This document shows positions 1 through 42,992 of a DNA stretch of 64,000 nucleotides, one piece after another. This DNA comes from Sphyrna mokarran (lineage: Eukaryota). Position 1 is the stretch's first letter. The number at the start of each line of letters is the position of its first letter. The stretch covers positions 97,030,001-97,094,000 of the forward strand of contig JAGIQG010000006.1 in NCBI GenBank assembly GCA_024679065.1, read 5' to 3'. The position numbers and the translations under genes are program-made. Below the pieces are notes generated by a model. It was not told the origin of the DNA. It saw only the letters and a program-made list of their open reading frames with translations, and did no database searches.

Positions 1-360
1 CGTTAAAGGACCGGTGTACAGGCACACCAAAGTCTTTGTTTCCCAGGGTCCTGCCATTCATCATCTGTTCCATTGCCTTGTTTGTCCTGACCAACTGCAT
101 CACTTAACACTTGTCTGGATTTAGTTACATTTGCCCCTGTCCAGCCATCTGACCAGCTTATCTATATCCTCCTGTAATCTAAGGCAATCCTCCTCACTAT
201 TTACCACTCTACCAATTTTTGTACTATCTGCAAAGTTACTAATCAGTCCTCCTGCATTCAAATTAAAATCATTTATATAAACTCACAAAAGGCGAAGGAG
301 TCCCAACACTGATCCCTGCAGGGTTCCACTGAACACAGCCTTCCAGTCAGAAAAACTCAC
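1..360 (-). mobile_element. CR1-type LINE fragment (RT region, degenerate)
   Basis: Reverse complement contains cagggatcagtgttgggac (GVPQGSVLG-like) and FADxTKIG-like sequence. Confidence 0.7.
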
Positions 361-379
361 TCATAGTACAGTAAATAGT

Positions 380-1120
380 ATAGTGAGAGCAGAAAGTTGT
401 AAAGGAACGTTGTTAGATTGTGAGTGGGCAAAACTGGCAGATGCAGTTCAACTTGGAAAAGCATGAAGTCAACCATTTTGTATTTAAGAAAGATATCAGA
501 GGATTTTCTAAATGGAGTGATCAACATTACTATAAACCTACTTGTGACACTAATAAATAAACTTTAAAATTTTTAGGAACTGTGGAGAAGCAGGAAGTTT
601 TTGGGTCCAAATCCAAGAATCACTAAGTTAGTCGACAGTTACAAAAAATAATTAAAATGGCTAATGAAATATTGGTCTTAATTCCAAAGCGGCTCATATA
701 CAAGCACTAGGAGTGATGATCAAGTTACCTAAAAACTCTAACGGCATGCTGTTTAAACTACTGAGTTCAGTTATGAACACTATCTCTCATTAAGAATGTA
801 TTAGCTTTCGTGGGGTTGCAGCATAGGGGATGGATTTCATTGGAAAGATACCTAAGCTAAAAGGGTTCAATTAGGAGGGCAGAAACATAGACTGGATTGC
901 ATTGCCTTCAGTACAGCAGATTAAGGGGTGATGTGAAGTGTTGAATACGATTGAAGTTGATAAATTGGAGAAAGTGGAATTACCTCTGCTGGCAGGAAGA
1001 ATTCAGTACAACAAAATGTAACCTTAAAACTAGAGCTCGATAATGCAGGAATGATGTCAGGAAATATTTTTCACATAAAGAGTTATGGAAATCTGCATCT
1101 CAGTTCGCCAAAAAACAGTA
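380..1120 (+). mobile_element. CR1-type LINE 3' ORF2 fragment (degenerate)
   Basis: gagtgggcaaaactggcagatgcagttcaa (EWAxxWQMxFN) and the downstream CR1 C-terminal motifs. Confidence 0.7.
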
Positions 1121-1849
1121 GGTCAACTGATAATTTGGCACATGCTACATAATTTTGCAAAGGGGAAGCAATAGCATAAAGCTGAGCACATTTGCCTCAC
1201 AAATTGGTAGTCAAAAGTTGGTAGAGACATCAGTGAAGGTGCATTAAATGCCTTATGCTTTTCTAACATATTGGTAGTTGGGAAGGATCTTGAGGAGCTT
1301 CAGCCCAGAGTTGTTAAGTTGAAGTTTGAGATACAGATATTGCAGAGCACCAGGGAAGGAAGCATTATCTGAACACTTTGAACCAGGAAGCAGTCACACT
1401 CATTATTAAATAGTGGTATGTGTTTAGTTAATGGTCAGGGACAGGAGGATGTGATTGAGTCAGGCAGGTAAGGGGACATCAGGTGCAGTGCTAGACAATC
1501 ATGGCCTTTACCGTTATCCAACAAGTATTGGTTCCTGCTACTTTTGTGGATGAGGGAAAAGTTGACAGAGTGGATGAGCAAACTGACAATGATACAGGAT
1601 ATAGGAGGCCATTCAATCTGCAGGAATGAAAGGAAATGTGGTAATGATAAGTGATCATATAATTAGAGGGGTGAGTTCTGCTATGTCATAATCAAGAATT
1701 TGTCCAGCTGTGATATATCTTTTATCCTTGGTACAAGGATTAAAGATATATCACAGCTGGACAAAAACTTCAGTCAGAATCTTATATGGAGTGTGCAGGC
1801 ATTTGCCTGATCCAAAATTGTGTGAAATGCCACAAGAAGCCACAGAGCA

Positions 1850-2150
1850 ATAGAATCATAGAACCCTACAGTGCAGGAAGAGGCCCCTTGGCCCATCAAG
1901 TCTGCACCGAACACAATCCCACCCAGGCCATACCTCCATATTATACCCACTAATCCCTCTAACCTACGCATTCCTGGACACTAAGGGGCAATTTCTTAGC
2001 AAAGCCAATCAACCTAACCCGCACATCTTTGGACTGTGGGAGGAAACCCACGCAGACACAAGGAGAATGTGTAAACTCCACAGACAGTGCCCTGAGCCAG
2101 GACCCAGAAGCTGTGAAGCAGCAGTGCTAACTACTGTGCTACCATGCCAC
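1850..2150 (-). mobile_element. HE1-like tRNA-derived V-SINE (CR1/HER1-type tail)
   Basis: tagaatcatagaaccctacagtgcag tail, V-domain cacatctttggactgtgggaggaaacc and A-box gtgctaactactgtgctacc, all in reverse orientation. Confidence 0.85.
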
Positions 2151-2805
2151 TCATGTCAGAGGGATCAATAAGATAGGTCAAACAAGCTCCGCTGGGAAAG
2201 TTTGAGAAGTGTCAAAATTTCAGTTAATAAACTTTAGATAACATGCCAATTGGCATAGGGATAAATAGGATAAAAGGCTAAATTCATGGCTGCAAGTTCT
2301 GTGTGGAGACAAGGACTTTACCTCATTGGGGTAACTGGAGAAAGGTAGTTGTGTCACTGGGACGAGCTCAACTTAAAACATGCCGGGACCCACTGTCATG
2401 TCAAATTGAATAACTAGAGCTGTGGATGAAGTTTTAAATTAATTAAGGTGGGAAGATTCTGGAAAGGGCAATTTCAAGATCAGCAAGAGAAATGCCAAGG
2501 TTGTAGAGCACATTAGCAATTTGGATTAAAATAAGTAGGATGGATCAACAAGTTTAATATTGGTAATTAGGCACTGTAGACAATGCCAAAAGTGAAATAT
2601 AGAAAAAGCTATAGCTAAAAGTATTATATCTGAATGCGTGAAACATGTAACAAAATAGATGAATTAATTGCAAAAGTAGAAATTAATGTGTTTGGTATTT
2701 AAGGTTAGAAACTATGTATTCCAGGGTACCTGACTTTCAGAGAGAGAAGTAGATGAAAAAGGTTGGGAGCTGGAGATTGAGATAAAAGTTTAGAAGATTT
2801 TTTGG

Positions 2806-3088
2806 AAGTTTATTTATTAGTGTCACAAGTAGGCTGACATTAACACTAATGAAATTACTGTGAAAACCCTCAGTCACCATACTCCAGCGCCTGTTCAGTT
2901 ACAGGAGGGAGAACTTAGCATGGCTGATGCATCTAACCAGTACATCTTTCAGACTGAGGGAGGGGAACTACAGCACCAGAGGAAACCCATGCAAACACAG
3001 GGAGAATGTGCAGACTCTGCACATTCCAAGCTGGGAATCAAACCCAGGTCCCTGGCATTGTGAGGCAGCAATTTAGCCACTGTGCCAT
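2806..3088 (-). mobile_element. V-SINE, alternative-tail subfamily
   Basis: Same head and V-domain as HE1, but the tail reads aagtttatttattagtgtcacaagtaggc...ttactgtgaaaa. Confidence 0.8.
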
Positions 3089-5402
3089 GAAAAGGGATAG
3101 TCCTTCTCATAAAAGAATGAGATAAAGACAATGGAGCAAGAGGACCTTAACTCTCAAAATCAAGATGTAAAGAGTAGAAAACACTAGTGGGAGTAATTTA
3201 TGGACACTCTAGCAATTATTGAGCATTGTATAAATCAAAAATTAGAGTCTACATAACTAAGGTAATAGAAAATGATGGGGAATGTTAATCTTCATGTAAT
3301 TTGCGCAAATCACATTTGCAATAATAGTGCAAAGTGAAAAGTATATGCAGGATAGCTTTAGAGGTTAGTATATTAAGAAACCAATGTGGATACGGGCTAT
3401 TTTAGATCTAATATTGTGTAATGAGAAAGGCTTCATTAATAATCTTGCAGTAAAGGAGGAGGAAAGAGTGATCATAATATATTAAAATTTTACCTGGATA
3501 AAAAAAGACTTGTACTTATATTAACCAGATATCTCAATACGTTTTATAGCCAATGAAATGGGGAACCATTGGAAATAGTTGAAATATTAAATAAATTCTT
3601 CATGTCTGTTATCATAGCTGAAGATGCAAAAATCATTCCAGAAATACTGAAGAAACAAGTCTCCCAGCAAGAATAATGAACAAAGGGAAATTTGTTGTGG
3701 ATAAATTCATGGGCCTACAGCCAATAAAATCTTTGGCATAACAGAACGCAGCAGCACTGGCAGGATCTATGGAGACAAAAACTGTGAAATAAAAATGTGA
3801 TTGGTTTTATGCGATTGAAGAAGGGAAGAACAGATATCAGAGACACATTAGAGGCCAAGGGAAATTAATTACCAAAGATGTCTCTCCTCACAAATGCTGC
3901 CAAACTTTGTTCAGCACTTCTTACTTTAGGTCTCCAGCAGCTACAGCATTTTTCTTTTACTAAATTCCTTGGAGTCTCCAACCTATGGTTTTTAAAAGAC
4001 ATTGCTACAAACATAGTAGATGTATTAACTTTGACTTAGATTCGGGTGCAGCAACATTTTCAAGTTTTATATTTTTTTAAAAAAGCATCTGCTGTTTAAT
4101 TCATAATTCCAAAGTGAAAAATCGATCGGAAGATAACAAACAGAATCCATTAGCAGAATCTTCCAGTGGTGCCAAGATTATCAGGAGTGTATAACATTTT
4201 TACTCAAAGGCTATCTGACCAGGTGCCATCGTGCAATGGCTGGGAAATTAATATTCAGTCATGGAACATTACAAATCTTGTAGCAGGAAGTCAATGCCTT
4301 TGCCATTATAACACAGGATTGAAGGTCCGAACACCATATTTAAAAAGGGCACCTGCACAGATATTCATTGTCTAAATGCCAAGAGCATTATTTTTGCTGT
4401 ATGAGGTGTTTTTAGGAACAGGAACTGCTGTCACTCAGTTCTTGGAAGAGAAACAAGATTCTGTCCATCCATTCAAGAAGTGTGGGGAGAAGTACAGGGA
4501 ATTACAAGTGAATTAGCCTGATACCATCAGTAGGGAAAATGCCAGATTCTATTATAAACGCATGGTTACAAGGCATTTAGAACATTATTAAATTGTTAGG
4601 CAGTCAGCATGGATTTATGAAAAGGGAAGTGTCTGACAAATGAGCTTCTAACTAAGCACGGTAGCTAAGGGGAAATTCAATGGATCTTTAAAGTGCATTT
4701 AATAAGTTGCCACATAAGAGGCTGTTACTGAAACTTAGGGTTCATGTGACTGGCTTAATATATTGGTATGGATTGAGAATTGGTTGATGAACAGAAAACA
4801 GAAATTAGGACATTGTCAGCTTGGTGAGTTGTAATTATTGGGGCACCATGAATAAAAGTACTTGGGCCTCAGCTATTTGCAATTGATAATAATGATTTTG
4901 GATGCTGGAAGCAAGTGTAATGCATCCAGCTTTTGTCATGATGCAAAGTTAGGTGGAAAATAAGATGTATAGATTAGGCAAAGAGATTGTAAAGTGAAAC
5001 AGAGACCTACATGTGTATACAGTATATGGTCGATGGAATACATTGTGGAGCAATGTGAAGTTACCAATTTGAAAGGATAATTGGAACACAGAATAATTTC
5101 TAGTGATCAAAGACTGAGAAGTGTTAGTATTCAAATTGAACCAAGCGTTCATGTACACAAATCACAGCTATCTAACATGCAAGCAATTAACACGACAAAT
5201 GGTCCATTAACCTTTATCACAAAACAACAATTCTATATGACAAGTATGCAAGATACGAATGTTCCAAACATTAGACTTTAAGATGATTTTTTTTTAACTT
5301 CAGGTAAAATTTGGAATTTCAGAAACACCCTAACACTGCAACATGGTCACATGATGCAGTTGTTAAGGGAATGAAATCTATTGAAATCAAGTTTTCATAC
5401 CT

Positions 5403-5645
5403 TTATTTTATTTGTCACAAGAAAGGCTTACATTAACATTGCAATGACATTACTGTGAAAATCTTCAGTTGCCACATGTTTGGGTCAATGCACCTAACCA
5501 GTCTTTCAGACTGTCAGAGGAAGCCGGAGCACCGGGAAGAAACCCATGCAGACTCTGTGCAAACTCCACACAGAGATCCAAGCTGAAATTCAAACTCAGG
5601 TCCCTGGCACTATGAGGCATCAATGCTAACTACTATGTCACTTCC
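5403..5645 (-). mobile_element. V-SINE, alternative-tail subfamily
   Basis: tttattta..tgtcacaag...ttactgtgaaaatc tail plus ggagcaccgggaagaaaccc core. Confidence 0.75.
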
Positions 5646-5859
5646 ACAGTAACACTCAGAAAAGCAGTTTTGTGAGAAGTAGGGGCGGGAGAAAGCTGTG
5701 TAGAGGAACAAAGCTCTTGTGAAAAAGCAGGATGTTTGTAACAGTATACTGAATGTCAATAAGAATTCCAGGATTTAACCCAACAGCACTGAAGGATTGG
5801 TGATATAGTTGTAAGTCACCTTGATGCGTGACTTGGAGAGGAACTGAACAAAGAACAAA

Positions 5860-6170
5860 ACAGCATGGGAAACAGGCCCTTCGGCCCAACAAGCCCGTGC
5901 TGCCATTTTAACATTGTAAGTGCTGTGAATGCGCTCCTCTACCTATGACCTTTGTCTATACCTATTGGGGAAGGTTGAGGGAAGACTAATTTAGGGGCAA
6001 TTTGTTACATCAGTCAGCCTAAAAGCACATCTTTGGGGTGTGGGAGGAAACTGGAGCACCTGGAGAAAACCCCCACAATCACAGGGAGAATGTGCAAACT
6101 CCCACAGACACCAGCCAAAATCCACATATCTGCACAGCAACAGTGATAGTCACTGAGCTGTCATGTTGCC
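5860..6170 (-). mobile_element. V-SINE copy (diverged)
   Basis: aacaggcccttcggccc tail and cacatctttggggtgtgggaggaaactggagcacc core. Confidence 0.7.
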
Positions 6171-9100
6171 AGTCAGATGGTCCAGTTTAAGCATGCACTA
6201 ACAATGTGAAGCACTAGGCAACTCTCAAAGCAACATCCAAGAACAGCCCTTGCATAACCCACTACACGTATACCCCTTGTTGGTCAACAAGGCGGACGGT
6301 ATGGTGGTGGTGTTCCCATGCATCGGCTGCCCTTGACCTTACTGGTAATAGTTGCAGGTTTGGAATGCTTAAAGAAGCCTTGACAAATTGCTGCAATGCA
6401 TCTTGCGCATTGTACACATTGCTACAATAGTATGTTGATGGTGAGGGAAGTAAATGTTTAAGATTCATGGCAAGTGAATCATGCAGGCAGCTTTGTCTGG
6501 GTTGATGTCAAGCTTTTTATTTAAGCTGCACGCATTCAGGGAAGTGGGGAGTATTTCATCAGACCGTCACTCTCCTGTATTATGCCTTATAGATAACGTA
6601 CAGGCTTGAGGAAGTGAGTTACTCGCTTCAAAATTGTCAGCATCTGAGTTGCTTTAGTAGTCACATTATTTATATGGCTTAACAAACCAGTACATTTTCA
6701 GTCATTGTTAACCTTCAGAATGTTAATGGTAGGGGGATTCAGTAGTGTTAATGCCATTGAGCGTCAAGAGGAAATACATCCCTATTTCCAACTTTCAGTT
6801 GAGGATGATTCTCTATAATAGGATCAATAAAAACAAAACAAACAATCCCGTATAGCTGGGCAACAGAGGATGTTGTCATGAACCAGGGCAAGGATTACCA
6901 TCAACTTGAGAAGAATGAGAAGGGATATTTAATTGCGATGCCATTTACAATTTCAGTGAGAATCATTTTGATACAATGGTACAACTGGAAACCTAATTGA
7001 ATGATTCAAATATGGGATGGAATTTTCCCATTCCACCCATCACAGGTAGCAAAGGGTGCAACAGTCCATTGACCTTGGCCAGGATTTTCCAGCTTTGGAT
7101 GTGATTTTCTGACCGCACTTGCCCCAGAGTTTCAGGAAAGATAGGCAGACTTGGGAAGCAGTCAATGACTTTGGAAATGAGAGGTTGGAGAGGGGAGTGA
7201 GTTTGCCAAATCAAGGGGTTTTTTTTGTTCTGAAGGTTCGAAGATAGATTTGAAGAGGTATTTACTATTAACAATATCAGCTAAATGGGATGAGGAATGG
7301 AAGTCGGGCAGTGAGCAGGTTAGTGGAAGTAGAGTCAAAGGAGCAACAGGTGGGCCTCATAGGTGAGCTTGAGGGGGAAATCGGGGAGATAGCAGAAATG
7401 AAAGATGCAAGCTCAAGCCTAGGGCAAGGTCAGGTCAAAAATCAATTAAGAAGGCAAACAAAAACTAAGCAATTAAATGATCAAATAATATAAAAAATAA
7501 AATATTCTACAGGGATAGGAATTAAAGATATCTGGATGGGAATAGAGCTGCTAACAGACTGGACAAAACTGTTGATAGGGAGATGGCAGGAATATTATTT
7601 ATTTTTCTTCAGTATTATTGTTTTGAATAATAGCAACAAAAAACAAATTGAATGTTAATAGCTAACTTAGATAGTCAGGCTAAAGCTTCCAGTGTAATAA
7701 TGTGGATATCTTGTGGGGTGCCTTCTTTTGAGGGCAATGATCGATATGTTCCAGGATCTGATTAGGGGCTGCAAAGTCACATGGTGAATATGTTTTGTCT
7801 TCCATCAATGGAGAAGGTGGCAGTGCCTATCACAGTCAGTTCTGAGGTGTGGCCTATTTGATCCTTCACGTTACATGGTAGGTGTTTTTGACATGTTTTA
7901 GCTCTGAGAGGCTTATGTGTCTTGGTTTTCTTCATGGGTGTTGAGGTGGAATGGCGAGGTCATAGTTTTGTGCATTTGGCTGCCCTACAGGCTGTAGGCT
8001 TTCATAAATGTTTCTTTTATGTGAGGGGCCATATTTGACATTGCTGTACAAAACAACAGCATATACAACTTGGTGTTCTATTTCCATCAATTCATTGCTA
8101 AAATACTTAAAAGCATTTGGGAGTCAGTTCAATGTAAACATGGAAATGTTGGTTGCCAAGCATGGAGTTGAGATGATGATCATTGTTCTACAATTTAAAA
8201 TGATGGATAATCTAAAAGCAGGCTGTACTTCAATTTTGTGTCCATTCCAGAGTACGCACCAGGCACACCCGTCAGATCAGTCAGAAGATGAAGTTGAAAA
8301 TGATGTACTGCACTTAAAATCAAATTGAAAGCACAAAACCCTGAGATCAGATACATCAGCAGAAGGGCAAACACAGAAGTCTTGAGAGAATAGCAGAAAT
8401 AAAGTATTTTTGTGAGGGACAACCTAGAGCACATCAGTATAAGATGGTCATTGTTTGGAAACAACTGATATATGTAGAAACTGGTGAGAATGGGAATCTC
8501 CCTATGACAGGAGTAGCTGAGATAAATAACATGCATTTAAAAGAGGAAGCTAGACCCATGAACCAGAATGAAATAGAGAGTTATACTACTAACAGTTAGA
8601 TTAGGAAGGATGAGAGGAGGCTCAAGTGGAACATTAATGAGCCTGGATTGCTTGGGCTGAATGCAATTGAATATTCAAATTCAAACTGTTTTAGTAACCT
8701 GCTCATTATACAGAAAAGAAAACAGATATGGGGACAATGGCCAATTCTAGTCTAAACAAAGATCTGGCCTACAACTTTTTGGATCGAGTACTTTCTGGAT
8801 GAGAAAGAGATTAGGATGGAAGTTCTACAAGGTTTTCTGTACATCAGCCTGTTTTGTTTGTTGGTATTATGATATAGCAGCTCTGGTCCTCATTCACATT
8901 AATTAACCTAATGAGCTACAGGTTTGCAGTGTAATCACCTAACACTTAACAAGGTGGTACAGGCTGTTAATGTCTTGTGGTAAATAATTAGTCAGAATGC
9001 AATAGTAAGACTATTTTAATAAAGTTCATTAAAAAGATTTAAAATTTCCCATCACTTTAGTACAAATGAATGATTTTCTTCCACTGGCAGGGAGAAAACA

Positions 9101-9384
9101 AAATAATTATTGCCAATATGATACAAGTAATCAAAAATAATACATTTACAGTGGACAGATTCCTGGAAGACACCAAGTTGCATCACAATGGAGGGATTTC
9201 AACCTGCAGCATAAGGAACCAAATGGCGTCTTAATACACTAGTCAAGCTAACCATTTAATATTTGGAAAGCAAATGATAAACCAAAGAGCTAATTTGCAT
9301 TGATACAGTACTTATCACTACCTCAGGACAAAGCATTTTTTGAAGTGTAATTACCGTTGTAACGCAAGGAGATTCAGCAGCCGT

Positions 9385-9660
9385 TTTGCACACAAGATCC
9401 CACAAATACAATAGGATAATCATTTGATAATTGGTTTGTGTATTGTTGATTGGAGGGATAAATATTGGCCAAGATGTATTGTAGAACTCCATGTTTCTTC
9501 AATAGATACCATGGCATTATGTATTTACATGCACTTGAGAGCGATATGGAGCCTGTTTAATGTCTCATCTGAAAGGCTGCACCTCTTGATGGTGCAACAC
9601 TTCCTCAGTATTTAGCCCATCATGTTTTGAGTCAAAGGTGAAAACTCTACAACTAAGCCA
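9385..9660 (-). mobile_element. Ancient Deu-domain SINE (SacSINE1/AmnSINE1-like), degenerate
   Basis: gtttaatgtctcatctgaaaggctgcacctc...cttcctcagta is the reverse complement of the Deu core. Confidence 0.6.
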
Positions 9661-10974
9661 AGACAAAACCAAGGACAGCACACAGCTCTCTTTAAATGGG
9701 TAGTTTGAGGGTTAGGTTTTCTATCAAGACAAATGAAGCAATTTTAGTACAGATAATGTTGGAGGATTGAGAGGAAAACAAGTTTAGCCATGGAGAGGAA
9801 TTCTGCCGTTTTTATAACTCATTAACTAAACACTTCTGAAAATTGCCAGGGAAAAGAGTGCAATTTGCAAAGTTCATTTACAAACATTTAACACACCACA
9901 TAATACATTTTCATTGCACTAAATCTTAACAATAGACATCTAAAAGATAGAGATTTAATAGTTATGGGATTAATCAATTAGCAGCCCACATAGGAGCATA
10001 GTGGTGTTGAGTGCCAATACACGAACTTAAATGAATTAGAACTTTTAAGAGGTTAGTTCTAAAGGACAAATTTCACACAATCACCTCTTTGAAACTGCTT
10101 CCTCATTCTAATAAAATTTGCACATCCAAGGTTAATGTAAGTCAAGGAATACCTCTCATCTTGCAAGCCAGTAATTGCTGGAGATGGACTAATCTTGGAT
10201 ATGTAAAACACTTCAAAACAGAAGATGTACAACATATATCCCAGGAATGGATTGATTTGTAATTAGTGAGCAATGATGTCAAATGATTGACGAATGGTGC
10301 AGGTCATTAAAATGAAAAAGAATCTCACTTGTTTCACATATGAATTATGTAATTAAAAAATTACTGATCTTATTTCCCTCTTTCCCATACCCCCACCCCA
10401 ATAGAGTTCTTAAATTGATAGCCTTCTTGAAATATAAAACAATAAAAAGGACTACGATCTAATAGCATGCAACATGAAGTTAGTTTGTTCCCAAAAAAAG
10501 AAATCACTAATCCTTTATTTTGGAGTTGATCATAACCAAGGATTTGATTACTGATTTTGAGGGGTTGAATTTTTGGAAGGGGTTTTCAATCATCCATATG
10601 TGACTTGGGCAGAGGCTTCATGGAAATCAACAATGCTATTTCTCCAGTGTTCCTAACAATCATCCCAACAGATTATGGCAATGGTTAGGAAAACCTCAAG
10701 CCCCACATGGTGTACACAATACTACAGACCAAAAAACCACGTTTAACAACAACATGATGAAAAGATATCACCCAGCAGGGCTGCCAATTATATATCCCAA
10801 AACCATCTTGATATTTGGTTGTTGACAGCTCACTGTCAGCATCTACATAATACTTTTCATTTTGCTTGAAAGGAATCCAAGAAATCCATTTCTAGTGAGA
10901 ACGGTCCAATTGTCAGTTAAATAGCAAAGAACTGCAAAAGAACCCTGAATTGAACAGGCATTTCAGTAAGCCAA

Positions 10975-11811
10975 AGTGGAAATACTGTCAAATCTTTATT
11001 CTTGAATCTTTGGTACATTCAATATTTTTTAAGTCTAAAATGAGTGAGATGTGTCCCAATTTAAAAAGAAATACACAAACCTAGATCTCTTCTTTAGAAA
11101 GTATTTACAATAGAAATTACAATATAATACAAGTGTTAAACTTATAATATGACATCAAGGCTCTATGAAACATTGAATCTCTCCCAGTTCTGGTGTTTGT
11201 AGCATGCAGGGTAGAATGGGATCAGGCCCAGTTACAAGTAACTTTGCCTTGCAAAAAAAAAGTGCTGAATGACTGACAAACAGGGGTTTTTGTACCTTAT
11301 TTTGCAACAGAAGGATGATTCTGGTAAACCATGGCATAATATACATATTTTTTTAAAATTCCCCATATCCCCCAGATTCATACTAAAAAAACAACTTTCT
11401 AGTGCGTAATAATACAATATATACAGCATCTTCACACACTTCAGTACTACAAAGCAGGCAACTCTTCCAAACAGTACCATCCATTCCACAAACACCATGA
11501 TTTGGGCAGCATCACTCATACACAGCTGCACTATGTAACAGGGCCTTGCTGTTACATGCTATCAAGTCACCAAATGAGCAAATGTAGTGTTATTTACAGC
11601 GTGTGAGAAAATGGAGGTGACAATGTAAGTTAATTTGTAGCTGTTTAATTCCTCTTGAAACAGCAGGAGGAAAGAAAAAGGAATAAATGAGCTCCCAAGA
11701 GGGCGTAGGGGATGCTGTGAGAAAAGGAAAAGGGGCAGAATCAGAGAGAGAAAAAGGACACCTCACACTGCTGGTCAAAACATCTTTTTTAAAAAAAATT
11801 CACAATAAAAT
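10975..11811 (-). other. SLC20A2: SLC20A2 3'UTR with candidate poly(A) signal AATAAA at 11000-10995
   Basis: Repeat-free AU-rich sequence after the stop codon, containing miRNA and Pumilio motifs and an AATAAA. The 3' end is inferred, and a longer UTR is possible. Confidence 0.55.
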
Positions 11812-42702
<30,891 letters not shown>

Positions 42703-42992
42703 TTTTTGGATTTTTTCAAGTATGTGCACAGAAAAGGGAACTGGAAGAATCACTGGCAGACAGACTCTCTCTCACACATACATACACTCACAAACTAACA
42801 CGGACACTGGGTTGAGCTTCTGTAAACTGTAGTTTTCTTCAGGGAAAGTGCTTTGTAATACTCGGAGATGTTCCACTGCTAACTAATGCTTCTCTGGGTA
42901 GTGTTAACACAGTTTCTTAAGCTTAAAGTTGTCAAAAGATGAATGCATTCCATAGTTAAACGTCCAGCTTGGTAGGCAGAGATTGTCACCTC
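42703..42992 (-). other. SLC20A2: 5'UTR part of the SLC20A2 first coding exon
   Basis: Strong acceptor ctttccttttgttaatgttttcacag| at 42993, 290 nt upstream of the ATG. The human exon has a similarly sized UTR portion. Confidence 0.7.

Larger units (their letters stand above)
1200..5230 (+). mobile_element. Long degenerate CR1 LINE (ORF1 plus ORF2 endonuclease/RT remnants), interrupted by SINEs and a Penelope-like piece
   Basis: ORF1-like LEELQ.RV..LE segment at ~1290, YLNA start of the endonuclease at ~2630, cagtcagcatggatttatgaaa (SQHGF) at ~4600, and further RT motifs to 5230. Many stops and frameshifts. Confidence 0.65.
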
